Below, piece by piece: positions 10,098 through 21,463 of a stretch of DNA of 64,000 nt. The position numbers and the translations under genes are program-made. The notes under the pieces were generated by a model. That model worked only from the letters and a program-made list of their open reading frames with translations. It was not told the origin of the DNA and ran no database searches. Source of the stretch: Vulcanimicrobiota bacterium. Lineage in GTDB: Bacteria; Vulcanimicrobiota; Vulcanimicrobiia; Vulcanimicrobiales; Vulcanimicrobiaceae. The DNA is taken from the NCBI GenBank assembly GCA_963833095.1, contig CAWHWQ010000001.1, positions 320,001 to 384,000 on the forward strand, read 5' to 3'. How positions within the stretch are numbered: the first letter of the stretch is position 1; every line of letters starts with the position of its first letter.

Positions 10098-10346
10098 TTA
10101 CGGTGGGCAGCCTTGGAGCTGCCATTGCTTGAACGTCTCGCACATCGCTGCCGACCAACGTGCTTCGCCTGAGCTCGGAGGCGGCATGCTCCCTGCGCTA
10201 ACGGTCGCGTAAATCGCATCCGCGTGCTTTTTAACGTCGGCGGCACTCGAGAGATCGATGCCTGCGGGCTTCATGTGCGCGACGTCCATATCGGTGAACA
10301 TGGCCCGAATGTCTTTAGCGAAACTCAATGTAGGCGGCGCGCTCAT
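10098..10346 (-). CDS. Small conserved-looking hypothetical protein
   Basis: 82 aa; SFAKDIR.MF...MPP...W....F.QW...GCPP; ATGA-coupled to the alkB-like gene. Confidence 0.65.
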   Translation of the reverse strand: MSAPPTLSFAKDIRAMFTDMDVAHMKPAGIDLSSAADVKKHADAIYATVSAGSMPPPSSGEARWSAAMCETFKQWQLQGCPP

Positions 10347-10927
10347 GGGCTCATCCTCCGGACACGAAATGCAATGCTTATACGGGGTCCGACTTCCCCA
10401 CCCGTCTTGGGAATCCCGTGATCGTAGGTGCGCTGCGTCTCGTAAGACATCACCAAAAGGCTTCCGGGCTCGAGATCGAGATCGAGCACGCGGCGCGGTA
10501 ATGACTTGCTGCGAATGGTCATACGGCGCGTTGCGCCGAGAGAAACGAGCGCGATCGGTTCGCCCGCGACGAGCTCAGGCAGGCGGTCGTTATGCGGCGC
10601 GACACTATCGCGACCGTCGCGATAGAGATTGAGCCCGATGCTGGTGAAATGCGCGCCCGTCAAGCCCTCGACGATCGGGACTATCTCGGCAAGCGGCTGC
10701 GCTAGTTCACCGTCGATGCGCGTGGATGCGACAAGTCGCGGGACGTCCACTTCGCGCTCGTACATCATGCGCCGCTCGCTGCGCCAGGGAATCGCGTTCA
10801 ATAGTTGCTCGAAAACGCGCAATGACTGCTCCGCGCTCAGCGCCGCCGGATAATAGACGATCGTTCCGCTCGAGTCATCGAGGATGACCCGAGCATCCGA
10901 TTGGAAGAACCCGAGCTGTTGCGACAC
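10343..10927 (-). CDS. AlkB-family 2OG-Fe(II) dioxygenase
   Basis: NLYRDGRDSVAPHND (HxD), HGIPK, RISIAFR. Confidence 0.9.
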   Translation of the reverse strand: MSQQLGFFQSDARVILDDSSGTIVYYPAALSAEQSLRVFEQLLNAIPWRSERRMMYEREVDVPRLVASTRIDGELAQPLAEIVPIVEGLTGAHFTSIGLNLYRDGRDSVAPHNDRLPELVAGEPIALVSLGATRRMTIRSKSLPRRVLDLDLEPGSLLVMSYETQRTYDHGIPKTGGEVGPRISIAFRVRRMSP

Positions 10928-10968
10928 ACGATCTTCAACACGTATGTGGCCGAGATCGTTCCGGGGTG

Positions 10969-11343
10969 TTACAGCGGGAGGATCACGCTGACTTGCGAGC
11001 GTGGCCGAGGCAGAATGTTGATAACGCCGCCAAGCCGTTCGATGATCTCGAAGCCGCGCCCGCGCAACGATTCGGGATCGCGCCGCCCCGGCCGCGCGAT
11101 ATCTTGACCCGAATCCAAGACCTCAAGGACTAGCGACTTGCCTTGCGAGCGCAGCTGAATATCAACCGGAATGCGCCCGTGTTCGCACGCATTTGCGATC
11201 AGTTCGCCAAAGATCATCACGGCCGTTTCGATATCTGCCTGGGTGCGACCGTCATCGCGCAGCACCTGCGCGAAGGCGTGCCGCGAGCCCGCAACGGCTC
11301 CGGCGTCGGCTCGCGTGATTCGCCACGTCCATCGCTTCGTCAT
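10969..11343 (-). CDS. Anti-sigma-factor Ser kinase (RsbW/HATPase_c_2)
   Basis: ELIANACEHG, VLDSG, GRGFEII. Confidence 0.8.
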   Translation of the reverse strand: MTKRWTWRITRADAGAVAGSRHAFAQVLRDDGRTQADIETAVMIFGELIANACEHGRIPVDIQLRSQGKSLVLEVLDSGQDIARPGRRDPESLRGRGFEIIERLGGVINILPRPRSQVSVILPL

Positions 11344-12812
11344 TGGCCAGTTCGAACCGTTAGCATCGGCGGGGCCGATGCAAGCAGAGTGCCCAGGCTG
11401 CGACCCAGGATCGGGCGCGCACGCTCCGGCGCGCTCGCATGTTCCATTGCTCCATCGACGTTAGTTTCCCGGAAACTTACCGTGAGAATCGCAACGTCGT
11501 CGATTGGCGGCTCGCCGCCGAAGATCTCCCGCATCAACGCGTCAGCCGGATCGCCCGCATCGTGAGGAATTGCGCGCAATGCGTCAAGCAAGCGGCGTTC
11601 ACCCTGGTCCCAATCGCGATCGTATTCGACGAGTCCGTCGGTGTAAAGCGCGAGCAACGATCCCGGCGATATGAGCGCCGACGTCACCGCGTAGGCCGGT
11701 TGATAGAGAGCGCCGAGCGGAGGCCCCGTAGCTCCGATCGTTTCGATCGTGCCGTCCACCAGTCGAATAAGCGCAGGCGGATGGCCGGCGTTCGCCAGGC
11801 GAATCACACCTTTTGCAAGATCGATTGTGCCACAAATTGCCGTGACGATCGTCCCATCTTGCATGAGCAAAATTTCATTAGCCCGCGAGAGCACGGCGGC
11901 TGGATCCGGCTCGTCGATTCCGACGGAGAGCAGCGCCTGACGTACTCGGCTCATCACGACGGCGGCTTCGATGCCGTGACCGGCAACGTCACCGATCGAG
12001 AAGAGAATTCGATCATCGCTTAATTCGAAGGCGTCGTACCAATCGCCGCCGACGCGCGATTCGCGGCCGGCCGGAACGTAGACGGCGTGCAGCTCGGCTT
12101 GGGCGACATCCGGCAGACTTTTCTGCAAGAACGCCTCCTGTAGCGCATCGGCAATCCGCTTTTCTTCGAGATAGGCTTGGCGCTGCAGTTCAACCTCGAA
12201 GGCGAGACGCCGTTGCGCCGCCGAGAGCCAGGTCAATAATCCCGCGAGCACGACGCCGAGAACGATCGCGCCGACGAGCGTCTCGGTCACCGCTTGCGCG
12301 GTCGACGTCTCGGCGATATCAGCAGCGGTGGTGAGTTCGTCGGACAAAATCACGTCGTTCGCGCGAAATTGGTCGACGAGGCGTTTTCCCTCGACCTGCG
12401 TCGCGATGTGCTCATTGCTTCCGGGATTTCGAATTAGCCGGGCAGCGACGGTGCGCAACCATCGCTGGTTCAAATCGATTTCGTCCCGTAGCGGCGCCTC
12501 GTCAACTCCGAGACGTTGCAGGCCTTGACCCAGCTGCGCAGCGGTCGGAGCGAATGTGTGAAGCGCTGCCGTATACGGCGCCAAGAACAGAGGCATTCTG
12601 GTGTCGGTGTAGCCGCGAACGCCCGCCTCCTCGTCGATCTGAAAACGCAACAGCCGCGCGCGATCGAGCTGCGCCATGCGCAATTCACGCTGAAACGCCA
12701 GATTTCTCTCGACGGCGTTGCGAATCGAGAACGCGGCGAAAATGAACACGAGGAGCACCGCAACAGCGGACAAGTATCCCAGTATCGGGCCGAGGCGCTC
12801 GGGCCTCGTCAC
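11340..12812 (-). CDS. Membrane-bound CHASE3-like sensor plus SpoIIE/PP2C phosphatase (RsbU/P-like)
   Basis: Two TM segments flanking a sensor domain; VGGDWYD, GDVAGHG, ANAGHPP, LYTDGL, DDVAIL. Confidence 0.9.
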   Translation of the reverse strand: MTRPERLGPILGYLSAVAVLLVFIFAAFSIRNAVERNLAFQRELRMAQLDRARLLRFQIDEEAGVRGYTDTRMPLFLAPYTAALHTFAPTAAQLGQGLQRLGVDEAPLRDEIDLNQRWLRTVAARLIRNPGSNEHIATQVEGKRLVDQFRANDVILSDELTTAADIAETSTAQAVTETLVGAIVLGVVLAGLLTWLSAAQRRLAFEVELQRQAYLEEKRIADALQEAFLQKSLPDVAQAELHAVYVPAGRESRVGGDWYDAFELSDDRILFSIGDVAGHGIEAAVVMSRVRQALLSVGIDEPDPAAVLSRANEILLMQDGTIVTAICGTIDLAKGVIRLANAGHPPALIRLVDGTIETIGATGPPLGALYQPAYAVTSALISPGSLLALYTDGLVEYDRDWDQGERRLLDALRAIPHDAGDPADALMREIFGGEPPIDDVAILTVSFRETNVDGAMEHASAPERARPILGRSLGTLLASAPPMLTVRTGQ

Positions 12813-13120
12813 GGCGAGGCTTTCGCCTCGTCGAGCGTATCCGCCACAGAAAGAACACCGTTGAGGCCGGCCGCCTCAAACAGGCGACGGACGGCCGGGC
12901 TAGCCACGACCCAAACGCGCGCCCTTCCCGATCGATCCCGTCCGCGCTGCACGTACAGAATCTCAGCAAGCGCGCTCGAGTCGATGTAGGTGACGGCCGA
13001 CAAGTCAACGATCGCCGCTCGCGCTTCGCTAAGCGGCGCAAGCTTTGTCCGAAGCTCCTCGCGGGTCGTGAAGTCGATCTCTCCCGAGAACCCGGCTATC
13101 TGGAATTGGTCATCGTTCAC
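12809..13120 (-). CDS. STAS-domain anti-anti-sigma factor (RsbV-like)
   Basis: SGEIDF, VDLSAVTYIDSSAL (phospho-Ser motif). Confidence 0.85.
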   Translation of the reverse strand: MNDDQFQIAGFSGEIDFTTREELRTKLAPLSEARAAIVDLSAVTYIDSSALAEILYVQRGRDRSGRARVWVVASPAVRRLFEAAGLNGVLSVADTLDEAKASP

Positions 13121-13290
13121 GCGCTTGTCACTTTAGCGCTACGACAGGAATCCCCCCTAGAAGTCAAGCTCCGGTTTTTAGGATGGTCCCGCTCGGCTCG
13201 CCGAAGGAACCGGCGGAACTCGAGCGCCAGCGCGTCCTAGCCGCGCAGGCCAAGGCGCTGGTCGCCGATATTGCGAAATCGCAGTAGCCT

Positions 13291-13470
13291 ATGTCACAAC
13301 TCCGATACGGCGACCATGTCGTCATAGAAAACCTCGGCACTCGAGGTGAAGTCATCGAGGTCGACACGCGCTCCGTTGTCGTTCGCTACAAGAAGGACGA
13401 CGGCGAACTGATCGAGCACCGCTTTCGGCCCGAAGACCTCACCTACGTTCCGAAACCGCACGTGGAATAA
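13291..13470 (+). CDS. Small 59-aa KOW/SH3-like beta protein (absent from the ORF track)
   Basis: MSQLRYGDHVVIENLGTRGEVIEVDTRSVVVRYKKDDGELIEHRFRPEDLTYVPKPHVE*. Confidence 0.6.
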   Translation: MSQLRYGDHVVIENLGTRGEVIEVDTRSVVVRYKKDDGELIEHRFRPEDLTYVPKPHVE

Positions 13471-13831
13471 TTCGTACGGGAATACGCACTCTGAGCGCAA
13501 CCCCCGGGTGGCGATTAGCGGCATCGTCGAAAACCGGGGTGTCGTCGGTGGTCGGATAGGTGCAGTCGTTCGCGTGATGACATTTGTTCGCCTGAACGAC
13601 CGAAGCTACGACGAGCACAGCGACCAAAGCGCCGATCGCCCCTTGAACCCATGCCACTGTATGGTTCGGCGCGGGTGCGGGCAGTGGCGCGTTAACCGGC
13701 GCTACCGTGCTGACGGCAGCGGGCGGCGCGGCGGTGAGCGGCACCGTTTGCGACTGCGCTGCCGGCGACGTGTCGAGCGCGATGATCGTCGCGATGAGGG
13801 CTGACGTAAGAATGCGCTGGGGGCGATTCAT
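13439..13831 (-). CDS. Hypothetical secreted/membrane protein
   Basis: GAAGGAG RBS, signal-like N-terminus, Pro/Ala linker, one TM. Confidence 0.55.
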   Translation of the reverse strand: MNRPQRILTSALIATIIALDTSPAAQSQTVPLTAAPPAAVSTVAPVNAPLPAPAPNHTVAWVQGAIGALVAVLVVASVVQANKCHHANDCTYPTTDDTPVFDDAANRHPGVALRVRIPVRIIPRAVSERR

Positions 13832-14008
13832 GAGCAGCTCCTTCTGACCTAGCGGTCCAAGTTAGCATGCTCTCCTCGCTTGATATGCGGGTGACAGTCA
13901 CTTGACAAGTTCTAACGGATCGATGCCCCCGGCCCGCTGCTATGATTGAGTCCTTTTCGCCCGGGGCACAAGGGGCCATGGCAACAAGAGACGCGTTGAG
14001 ACAAACTC

Positions 14009-14869
14009 GTGCCACGAGCGAATAGCGTCGAAGAAGGCAGCGGCACCGGCGCACTTAGTGCTCAGGAAGTCCGCGAAGCGGATCGGCGTACGAATCCGCG
14101 AGCAGCCATTGTTTTCGAAACTGTTCGGCGTGAAGGACAGCAAGAACTCGAACGGCCGACCGTGTCACTGGCATTCTCCGGTTTGGCGGCGGGTCTTTCG
14201 ATGGGTTTTTCGCTCGTAGCCACGGGCGTTATTCAAGCGGCATTGCCTGTCAATGCAGCGTGGACACCGCTGGTTGCAAATCTTGGCTACACACTGGGCT
14301 TCTTGATCGTCGTCATGGGGCGGCAGCAGCTCTTCACCGAAAACACCGTAACGGCAATCATCCCGCTGCTCGACAGCCGTAGAAAGTGGAGCACGTTTCG
14401 AGATGTCGTACGGATGTGGACAATCGTGCTGACGACAAACCTTCTTGGTGCGGCGATCTTCGCGCTGCTCGTTGCGCACACCGACAGTTTTTCACCGGGG
14501 ATAAAAGCGGCATTTTTGGAACTTGGGACGACGACGCTCTCGTACGGCTTCGGAACGACGCTGGTAAAGGGGATTTTTGCCGGCTGGCTCATCGCGCTGA
14601 TGGTGTGGCTATTACCCGCCGCCGAGCACTCGCGGCCGGCCATCGTGATCATCATCACGTATATCGTCGGTGCTGCCGGCCTCTCCCACGTCATCGCGGG
14701 ATCAGTGGAAGGTTTGTATGCGGTGTTCGAAGGCGCCGTATCGTTCTCCGATTACGTCGTCAATTTTCTCTTGCCCGTGTTCATCGGGAATTGCCTCGGT
14801 GGCGTTTTGCTCGTGTCGATTCTCAACTACGCGCAGGTTGCGCAGGAAGGTCCGGATTCTCACGTTTAG
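14009..14869 (+). CDS. Formate/nitrite transporter family protein (YfdC-like)
   Basis: GLAAGLSMGFS, QLFTENT, GIFAGWLIALMVW, HVIAGS, GNCLGG. Confidence 0.9.
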   Translation: MPRANSVEEGSGTGALSAQEVREADRRTNPRAAIVFETVRREGQQELERPTVSLAFSGLAAGLSMGFSLVATGVIQAALPVNAAWTPLVANLGYTLGFLIVVMGRQQLFTENTVTAIIPLLDSRRKWSTFRDVVRMWTIVLTTNLLGAAIFALLVAHTDSFSPGIKAAFLELGTTTLSYGFGTTLVKGIFAGWLIALMVWLLPAAEHSRPAIVIIITYIVGAAGLSHVIAGSVEGLYAVFEGAVSFSDYVVNFLLPVFIGNCLGGVLLVSILNYAQVAQEGPDSHV

Positions 14870-15221
14870 CTCGGTGGACGAGTACATCGCTTCTCAGCCC
14901 GAAGGATCGCAGAAAACCCTGCAGCGTCTGCGGGATACGATCCGCAAGGCGATACCGAATGCGCAGGAAGTAATGTCATACAACATGCCGACGTACACGT
15001 GGCAGGGCTCGTCGGTACTCCAGTTCGCGGCGTGGAAAGGCCACTACTCGCTCTACGGATCGACCGGGCCGATACTTCAAGCGTTCGCGGATGATCTACG
15101 CGGATACAAGATCGACAAAGGCACGATCCGTTTTCCGCTCGACGAGCCCGTACCCGAGAAATTAATCGCTCGGATCGCGAAGTATCGACTCCAGGAACTT
15201 TCGCGAGTGCGCAAGAGCTAA
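14838..15221 (+). CDS. DUF1801/YdhG-like protein (start uncertain: TTG 14838 or GTG 14874)
   Basis: VDEYIA...LRDTIRKAIP.A.EVMSYNMPTY...KGTIRFP. Confidence 0.8.
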   Translation: MRRKVRILTFSSVDEYIASQPEGSQKTLQRLRDTIRKAIPNAQEVMSYNMPTYTWQGSSVLQFAAWKGHYSLYGSTGPILQAFADDLRGYKIDKGTIRFPLDEPVPEKLIARIAKYRLQELSRVRKS

Positions 15222-15222
15222 G

Positions 15223-15534
15223 CTATAACCCGATTCGCGTGAGGTCGAAAACGATCTGCTGCGTCGTCGGGCTGTCCCACCAATTCGCAATGGCAGCTTC
15301 GAGCTCGCGCACCGACCGTAGCGCGCTTACGTGCTTCTCAAGGGCTTCTCGACTTGGCGCCGTTTTTGCAAGCTCGGCATGGAGCCGATCGATCGACTCA
15401 TGCGCGCTGTGGGTTCGAGGAAGCGCACTGCGCAGGGCCTGCGCGGGAAATGACGCGAGCAATTCTTGGTTTGCGACCATTCCGGTCGCATCGGCGGCTT
15501 CGACCTCTTTACGAATATCGTCGTTCTTGTCCAT
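15223..15534 (-). CDS. Hypothetical helical protein (DUF4404-like C-terminus)
   Basis: 103 aa ending QIVFDLTRIGL. Confidence 0.55.
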   Translation of the reverse strand: MDKNDDIRKEVEAADATGMVANQELLASFPAQALRSALPRTHSAHESIDRLHAELAKTAPSREALEKHVSALRSVRELEAAIANWWDSPTTQQIVFDLTRIGL

Positions 15535-15581
15535 GGGGTCGAGCTACGCCAGTTTGTCGATGCGCGCCTGGTGGGGAAAAG

Positions 15582-15654
15582 CTCCCGGTGCTGGACTCGA
15601 ACCAGCGACCCATTGATTAACAGTCAATTGCTCTACCAACTGAGCTAACCGGGA
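15582..15654 (-). tRNA. tRNA-Asn(GTT), CCA not encoded
   Basis: TCCCGGT-TAGCTCAGTTGGTAGAGC-ATTGA CT GTT AA TCAAT-GGTTCGAGTCC-ACCGGGA-G cloverleaf. Confidence 0.97.
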
Positions 15655-15742
15655 AGGCAGCGTCCCCGCGATTCTCGCGGGGTACTGCGGGATTCTACTG
15701 GATCAGAGACCACCGGCGCAAGCAGCCTTGGTCGTGCGGGCG

Positions 15743-15913
15743 CTAAAAGGTTTGAGCGTAGCCGGCCGAAGCGGTCGACGCGCCGTGCGGATGGGCTACG
15801 ACGGTGGCGATAATCTTGAGCTGTGGCGGCGCGATCGCTGCTCCGAGAGCTTCGGACCCTGCGAGGACGACAAGGGCGGCGGCGGCGAGGCTAAGGACGA
15901 ATCGGGCGTACAT
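15743..15913 (-). CDS. Small secreted peptide, 56 aa (absent from the ORF track)
   Basis: TAGGAG RBS; MYARFVLSLAAAALVVLAGSEALG signal-like N-terminus. Confidence 0.55.
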   Translation of the reverse strand: MYARFVLSLAAAALVVLAGSEALGAAIAPPQLKIIATVVAHPHGASTASAGYAQTF

Positions 15914-15989
15914 TTCCGGCATCTCCTAAAGAATTAGTTGATACCGCTACGTTACTCCGGCCGGCTTAAACTGTCAACTAAAGAATTAA

Positions 15990-16448
15990 TTAGAAGCCCG
16001 GAACCCCCAGGGCTAGCAGAGCGGCCAAGAATGGGATGCAGGCCAGCAGCGCAATCTCGGCCCCTAGGAGTCCCCACATCCGCCGATAGCCGCCCGGATC
16101 GACCGTGACCAGCCCCGAGGCATCCGCGCGCGCTCCGAGGCGAATGTAGTGGATCGTCGGCGGGATCGAAAGCAACGCGATCGCGACAAAGAACCCCATC
16201 TTCGTCCAAAAGATGGGGTTGTGCAGATAAAAGGCCGCGCCCTTGAGTCCGAGGGTGACGCGCAAAATTCCACTCACAACGACCAAGGCCGCGCTGATGC
16301 CATACCAGGCATCGACGCGCCGCAAGGTCGTGAGGCGCGCGAGATCCATGTTGCGGCGATAGAGCGCGACCTCCGAAACGAGCGTACCGACGAGCCCAAA
16401 GATGCACACGAAGTGCAGCCACGCCAGCAGCGCTTCGAGCGGCGGCAT
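15990..16448 (-). CDS. DUF2214-family membrane protein
   Basis: LAWLHF...DAWYGISA...KGAAFYLHNPIFWTKM..F. Confidence 0.8.
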   Translation of the reverse strand: MPPLEALLAWLHFVCIFGLVGTLVSEVALYRRNMDLARLTTLRRVDAWYGISAALVVVSGILRVTLGLKGAAFYLHNPIFWTKMGFFVAIALLSIPPTIHYIRLGARADASGLVTVDPGGYRRMWGLLGAEIALLACIPFLAALLALGVPGF

Positions 16449-17060
16449 CTAGTGGTTATTCGACGGCGAGTTCGGAGCCTGACGGCGAATCGTTACCGTT
16501 TGATTGAGCGTGATCTGCACGTCGGAGCCTGAGAGCAGTTGGAAGTTCGCCTTCCCGTTGAGGCCGTAAAGCAGGCCGCCGGCTGCGCCGACCGCGCCGC
16601 CGCCGCTCACATGGAAAATCGTCTTCCCGATTGCATTGCCCAGCAGCATGCCACCGAGCGTCGTGAGCGCAACCTTGAGCCCGTTCTTGTGCTCGTCTTT
16701 GCGCTGGTCCGACGTCATCGTCGCCGAGATATCGACGGTGCTGCCATCTGCAAGACGAAGATAATCGAATTGCAGACCGATCGACGGCTTGCGTCCTTGC
16801 CCTGCTGTGGTAACACTCGTGACTTCGCCCGCGATGATCCCGCCTTGAAACGCCGGATTGCCGCTTGGATACGGCGGCACGACATCCATCACAAACCGGT
16901 CGCCGACGTGCGCTTTGCCAGTGTCGATCGTCGTTCGCATCCGCGCATTGATCTGCGCTCCCTGGTACAGCGTCAACTGTTCCTGAGCCGACGCGATAAG
17001 GGTGCTGCCAACGATAGAGGCAAGGAGCGCGAGCGCTATGAAACCGTTTCGAAATCTCAT
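16449..17060 (-). CDS. Secreted TrbI/VirB10-like-domain protein with a glycine zipper
   Basis: AGGGGAG RBS; signal peptide; GAQINARMRTTIDT..AHVGDRF; GGMLLGNAIG...GGAVGAAGG. Confidence 0.6.
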   Translation of the reverse strand: MRFRNGFIALALLASIVGSTLIASAQEQLTLYQGAQINARMRTTIDTGKAHVGDRFVMDVVPPYPSGNPAFQGGIIAGEVTSVTTAGQGRKPSIGLQFDYLRLADGSTVDISATMTSDQRKDEHKNGLKVALTTLGGMLLGNAIGKTIFHVSGGGAVGAAGGLLYGLNGKANFQLLSGSDVQITLNQTVTIRRQAPNSPSNNH

Positions 17061-17087
17061 ATTCTCCCCTTTTGCTCTCAAACGTAA

Positions 17088-17116
17088 GAACCCCGCGGGC
17101 CGGTTCCGCGGGGTTC
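17088..17116 (-). terminator. GC-rich hairpin between the two paralogous genes (terminator or processing site)
   Basis: GAACCCCGCGG / CCGCGGGGTTC 11-bp stem; followed by TTACGTTT on the minus strand. Confidence 0.5.
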
Positions 17117-17123
17117 GTGTTTT

Positions 17124-17711
17124 CTAAGGCGTTTGTAAGCTGCTGGCGAGCTGGAGCGTTACCGGTGCGCCTACTTGCACCACGATCGGCTTGCGTCGCT
17201 CCGACGCGTATGCAAAACCGCCGGTTTGCGCGGTTTGTGACGGCGAACTGGAACCACCGCCACCGAGATTCATATTCATAGACCAGATCATCGAGGATTG
17301 ATTCGGCGGCCCAACCGTATTCGGCATACTGACCGGTCCGGGCGGAGGTAATGGAGCGCCTGGGCCCGTGGCCGTGCGTTGCACGACGTTCCTCGACACC
17401 ACAAACGCTCGAATCGGTACGCGCGCCCCGTCCGAGAATACGATGGTGTCGAACAAGAACGCGATTTCGGCGCGTTCGAAACCGTGCGGCTGATAGACGT
17501 GGGTTATGTGCCCGTGAATGACGGCTCCCGCAAGTGACGGAAGCGCGGGATCCTTCACGCTCAGTTTGAAGGTATCGCCGGCCTGCGCCGTGCTTGAATT
17601 CACGGCGGTCTCCATGACGCACGAAATGCGCGTTCCGGCCTTGAGTGTGGTCGGTTGGGTGAGCGTCGTCACTCCAAGAACAACGGTCGCGAGCGCAGCG
17701 AGAATGTTCAT
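17124..17711 (-). CDS. Secreted TrbI/VirB10-like-domain protein (paralog of 16449-17060)
   Basis: [26 protein letters not shown]...[14 protein letters not shown] overlap with the metK stop. Confidence 0.6.
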   Translation of the reverse strand: MNILAALATVVLGVTTLTQPTTLKAGTRISCVMETAVNSSTAQAGDTFKLSVKDPALPSLAGAVIHGHITHVYQPHGFERAEIAFLFDTIVFSDGARVPIRAFVVSRNVVQRTATGPGAPLPPPGPVSMPNTVGPPNQSSMIWSMNMNLGGGGSSSPSQTAQTGGFAYASERRKPIVVQVGAPVTLQLASSLQTP

Positions 17712-18934
17712 TGCGCGAAGTTCGGGACGCGCAGCGCCTCGCCCGTAAAGCCGGTCGCGCTTCGCAGCGCCTCGATTCGATCGGCTCGCTCCCACGGAAG
17801 GTCGAGATCGGGACGTCCGAAGTGGCCATACGCCGCCGTTTGTTTGTAGATCGGGCGGCGCAAATTAAGGTAGTGGATGATCGCCGCCGGACGCAGATCG
17901 AAGACTTGCTTGACCGCGTTTGCAATCTGCTCTTCGGGGATCTTTGACGTGCCGAAGGTCTCGACGAGCACGCTCATCGGTTCGGCGACGCCGATCGCAT
18001 AGGCAACCTGCAGCTCGCAGCGATCCGCAAGCCCGGCTGCAACGACGTTTTTGGCTACCCAGCGCGCCGCATAGGCCGCCGAGCGATCGACCTTGGTCGG
18101 ATCTTTGCCCGAAAACGCGCCACCGCCGTGCCGAGCCATGCCGCCGTACGTGTCGGCGATGATCTTGCGCCCGGTGAGTCCGGCGTCGCCCTTGGGACCA
18201 CCAATCACGAAACGTCCGGTCGGATTGACGTAGACGCGCGTGTTCCGATCGAACATCGCACCAGGGATGACGTGCTTGATCACCTTGTCGGTCACTTCGT
18301 TACGAATCACTTCTAGCGCGATATCGGGATCGTGTTGCGTCGAGATCACGACTGCGTCCACGCGTACCGGGCGGTCGCCGTCATACTCGACGGTGACTTG
18401 CGATTTCCCGTCAGGGCGCAGATACGGAATGTCGCCGTTCTTGCGCAGTGCGGCGAGATGGCGCGTCAAATTGTGCGCGAGCACGATCGGCAGCGGCATA
18501 AGCTCGGCCGTCTCACGCGAGGCATAGCCGAACATCATGCCTTGATCGCCGGCGCCTGTCTGCTCGAACTCGTCGTCGCGTCCGCCCTTGGCTTCGAGCG
18601 ACTTATCGACGCCCATTGCGATGTCGGGCGACTGCTCGTCGATCGACACGCTCACGCCGCACGTATCGGCGTCGAAGCCGACCGCCGACTTCGTGTAGCC
18701 GATTTCAGCGATCGTCTGGCGCACGATGCGCGGGATGTCGATATACGTCTTCGTCGTCACCTCGCCGGCGATGTGGATCTGTCCGGTGATGGCGAACGTC
18801 TCAACCGCGACGCGCGAATACGGATCGTCTTTGAGCAGCGCATCGAGGACTGCGTCGGAGATTTGGTCGGCAACCTTGTCGGGATGCCCTTCGGTCACGG
18901 ACTCAGATGTGAACAGTCTGCGGTAATCGCCCAT
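17708..18934 (-). CDS. metK: S-adenosylmethionine synthetase
   Basis: [35 protein letters not shown]. Confidence 0.98.
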   Translation of the reverse strand: MGDYRRLFTSESVTEGHPDKVADQISDAVLDALLKDDPYSRVAVETFAITGQIHIAGEVTTKTYIDIPRIVRQTIAEIGYTKSAVGFDADTCGVSVSIDEQSPDIAMGVDKSLEAKGGRDDEFEQTGAGDQGMMFGYASRETAELMPLPIVLAHNLTRHLAALRKNGDIPYLRPDGKSQVTVEYDGDRPVRVDAVVISTQHDPDIALEVIRNEVTDKVIKHVIPGAMFDRNTRVYVNPTGRFVIGGPKGDAGLTGRKIIADTYGGMARHGGGAFSGKDPTKVDRSAAYAARWVAKNVVAAGLADRCELQVAYAIGVAEPMSVLVETFGTSKIPEEQIANAVKQVFDLRPAAIIHYLNLRRPIYKQTAAYGHFGRPDLDLPWERADRIEALRSATGFTGEALRVPNFAQ

Positions 18935-20905
<1,971 letters not shown>

Positions 20906-20909
<4 letters not shown>

Positions 20910-21463
20910 TGATTCGCGTTGCGACGCCCGACGATGCTCCAGCATTCGCCGCGATCTATGCGCCGATCGTCACCGAGACGCACATCTCGTTTGAAGAGCA
21001 CGCGCCCGGCGAAGCGGAAATGCGCGAGCGCATCGTCGCGACGCTGACGTGGACGCCCTGGCTAGCGGCGATCGTGGGCGATCGGATCGCAGGGTACGCG
21101 TATGCGAGCCGGCATCGCGAACGCGCAGCATACCGCTGGTCAGTCGACGTGTCGGTCTATCTCGATTCACGCGCCCGTGGGCGCGGCATCGGCCGCGCGC
21201 TCTACGAAGAGCTCTTCTCGCTGCTCGAGCGGCAGAACTTTCACCACGCGTACGCCGGCATCACACTTCCCAACGACGCGAGCATTGGTCTCCATCGCGC
21301 GCTCGGGTTCGAACCGATCGGGATCTATCGGCGCGTTGGTTGGAAGGCCGGCGCGTGGTACGACGTCGCCTGGTTCGGCCGCGACCTGCGCGCAGACGGC
21401 GATGACGCCTCGCCGCCTGCCGAACCGATTCCCTTTGCGCGGATTAGGGCATCGCCGCCTTGA
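20906..21463 (+). CDS. GNAT N-acetyltransferase (phosphinothricin/ArsN1-like)
   Basis: ISFEE, GYAYASRHRERAAYRW, RGRGIG, NDASIGLH, GWKAGAWYDV. Confidence 0.85.

Noticed and set aside
14841..14853. CGCAGGAAGGTCC matching the 2263 repeat core
   Set aside because: Lies within coding sequence; a single 13-nt match may be chance
15535..15720. tRNA-Asn (and tRNA-Leu) as integration sites of an island or prophage
   Set aside because: No integrase, no duplicated tRNA 3' end and no phage genes in the window
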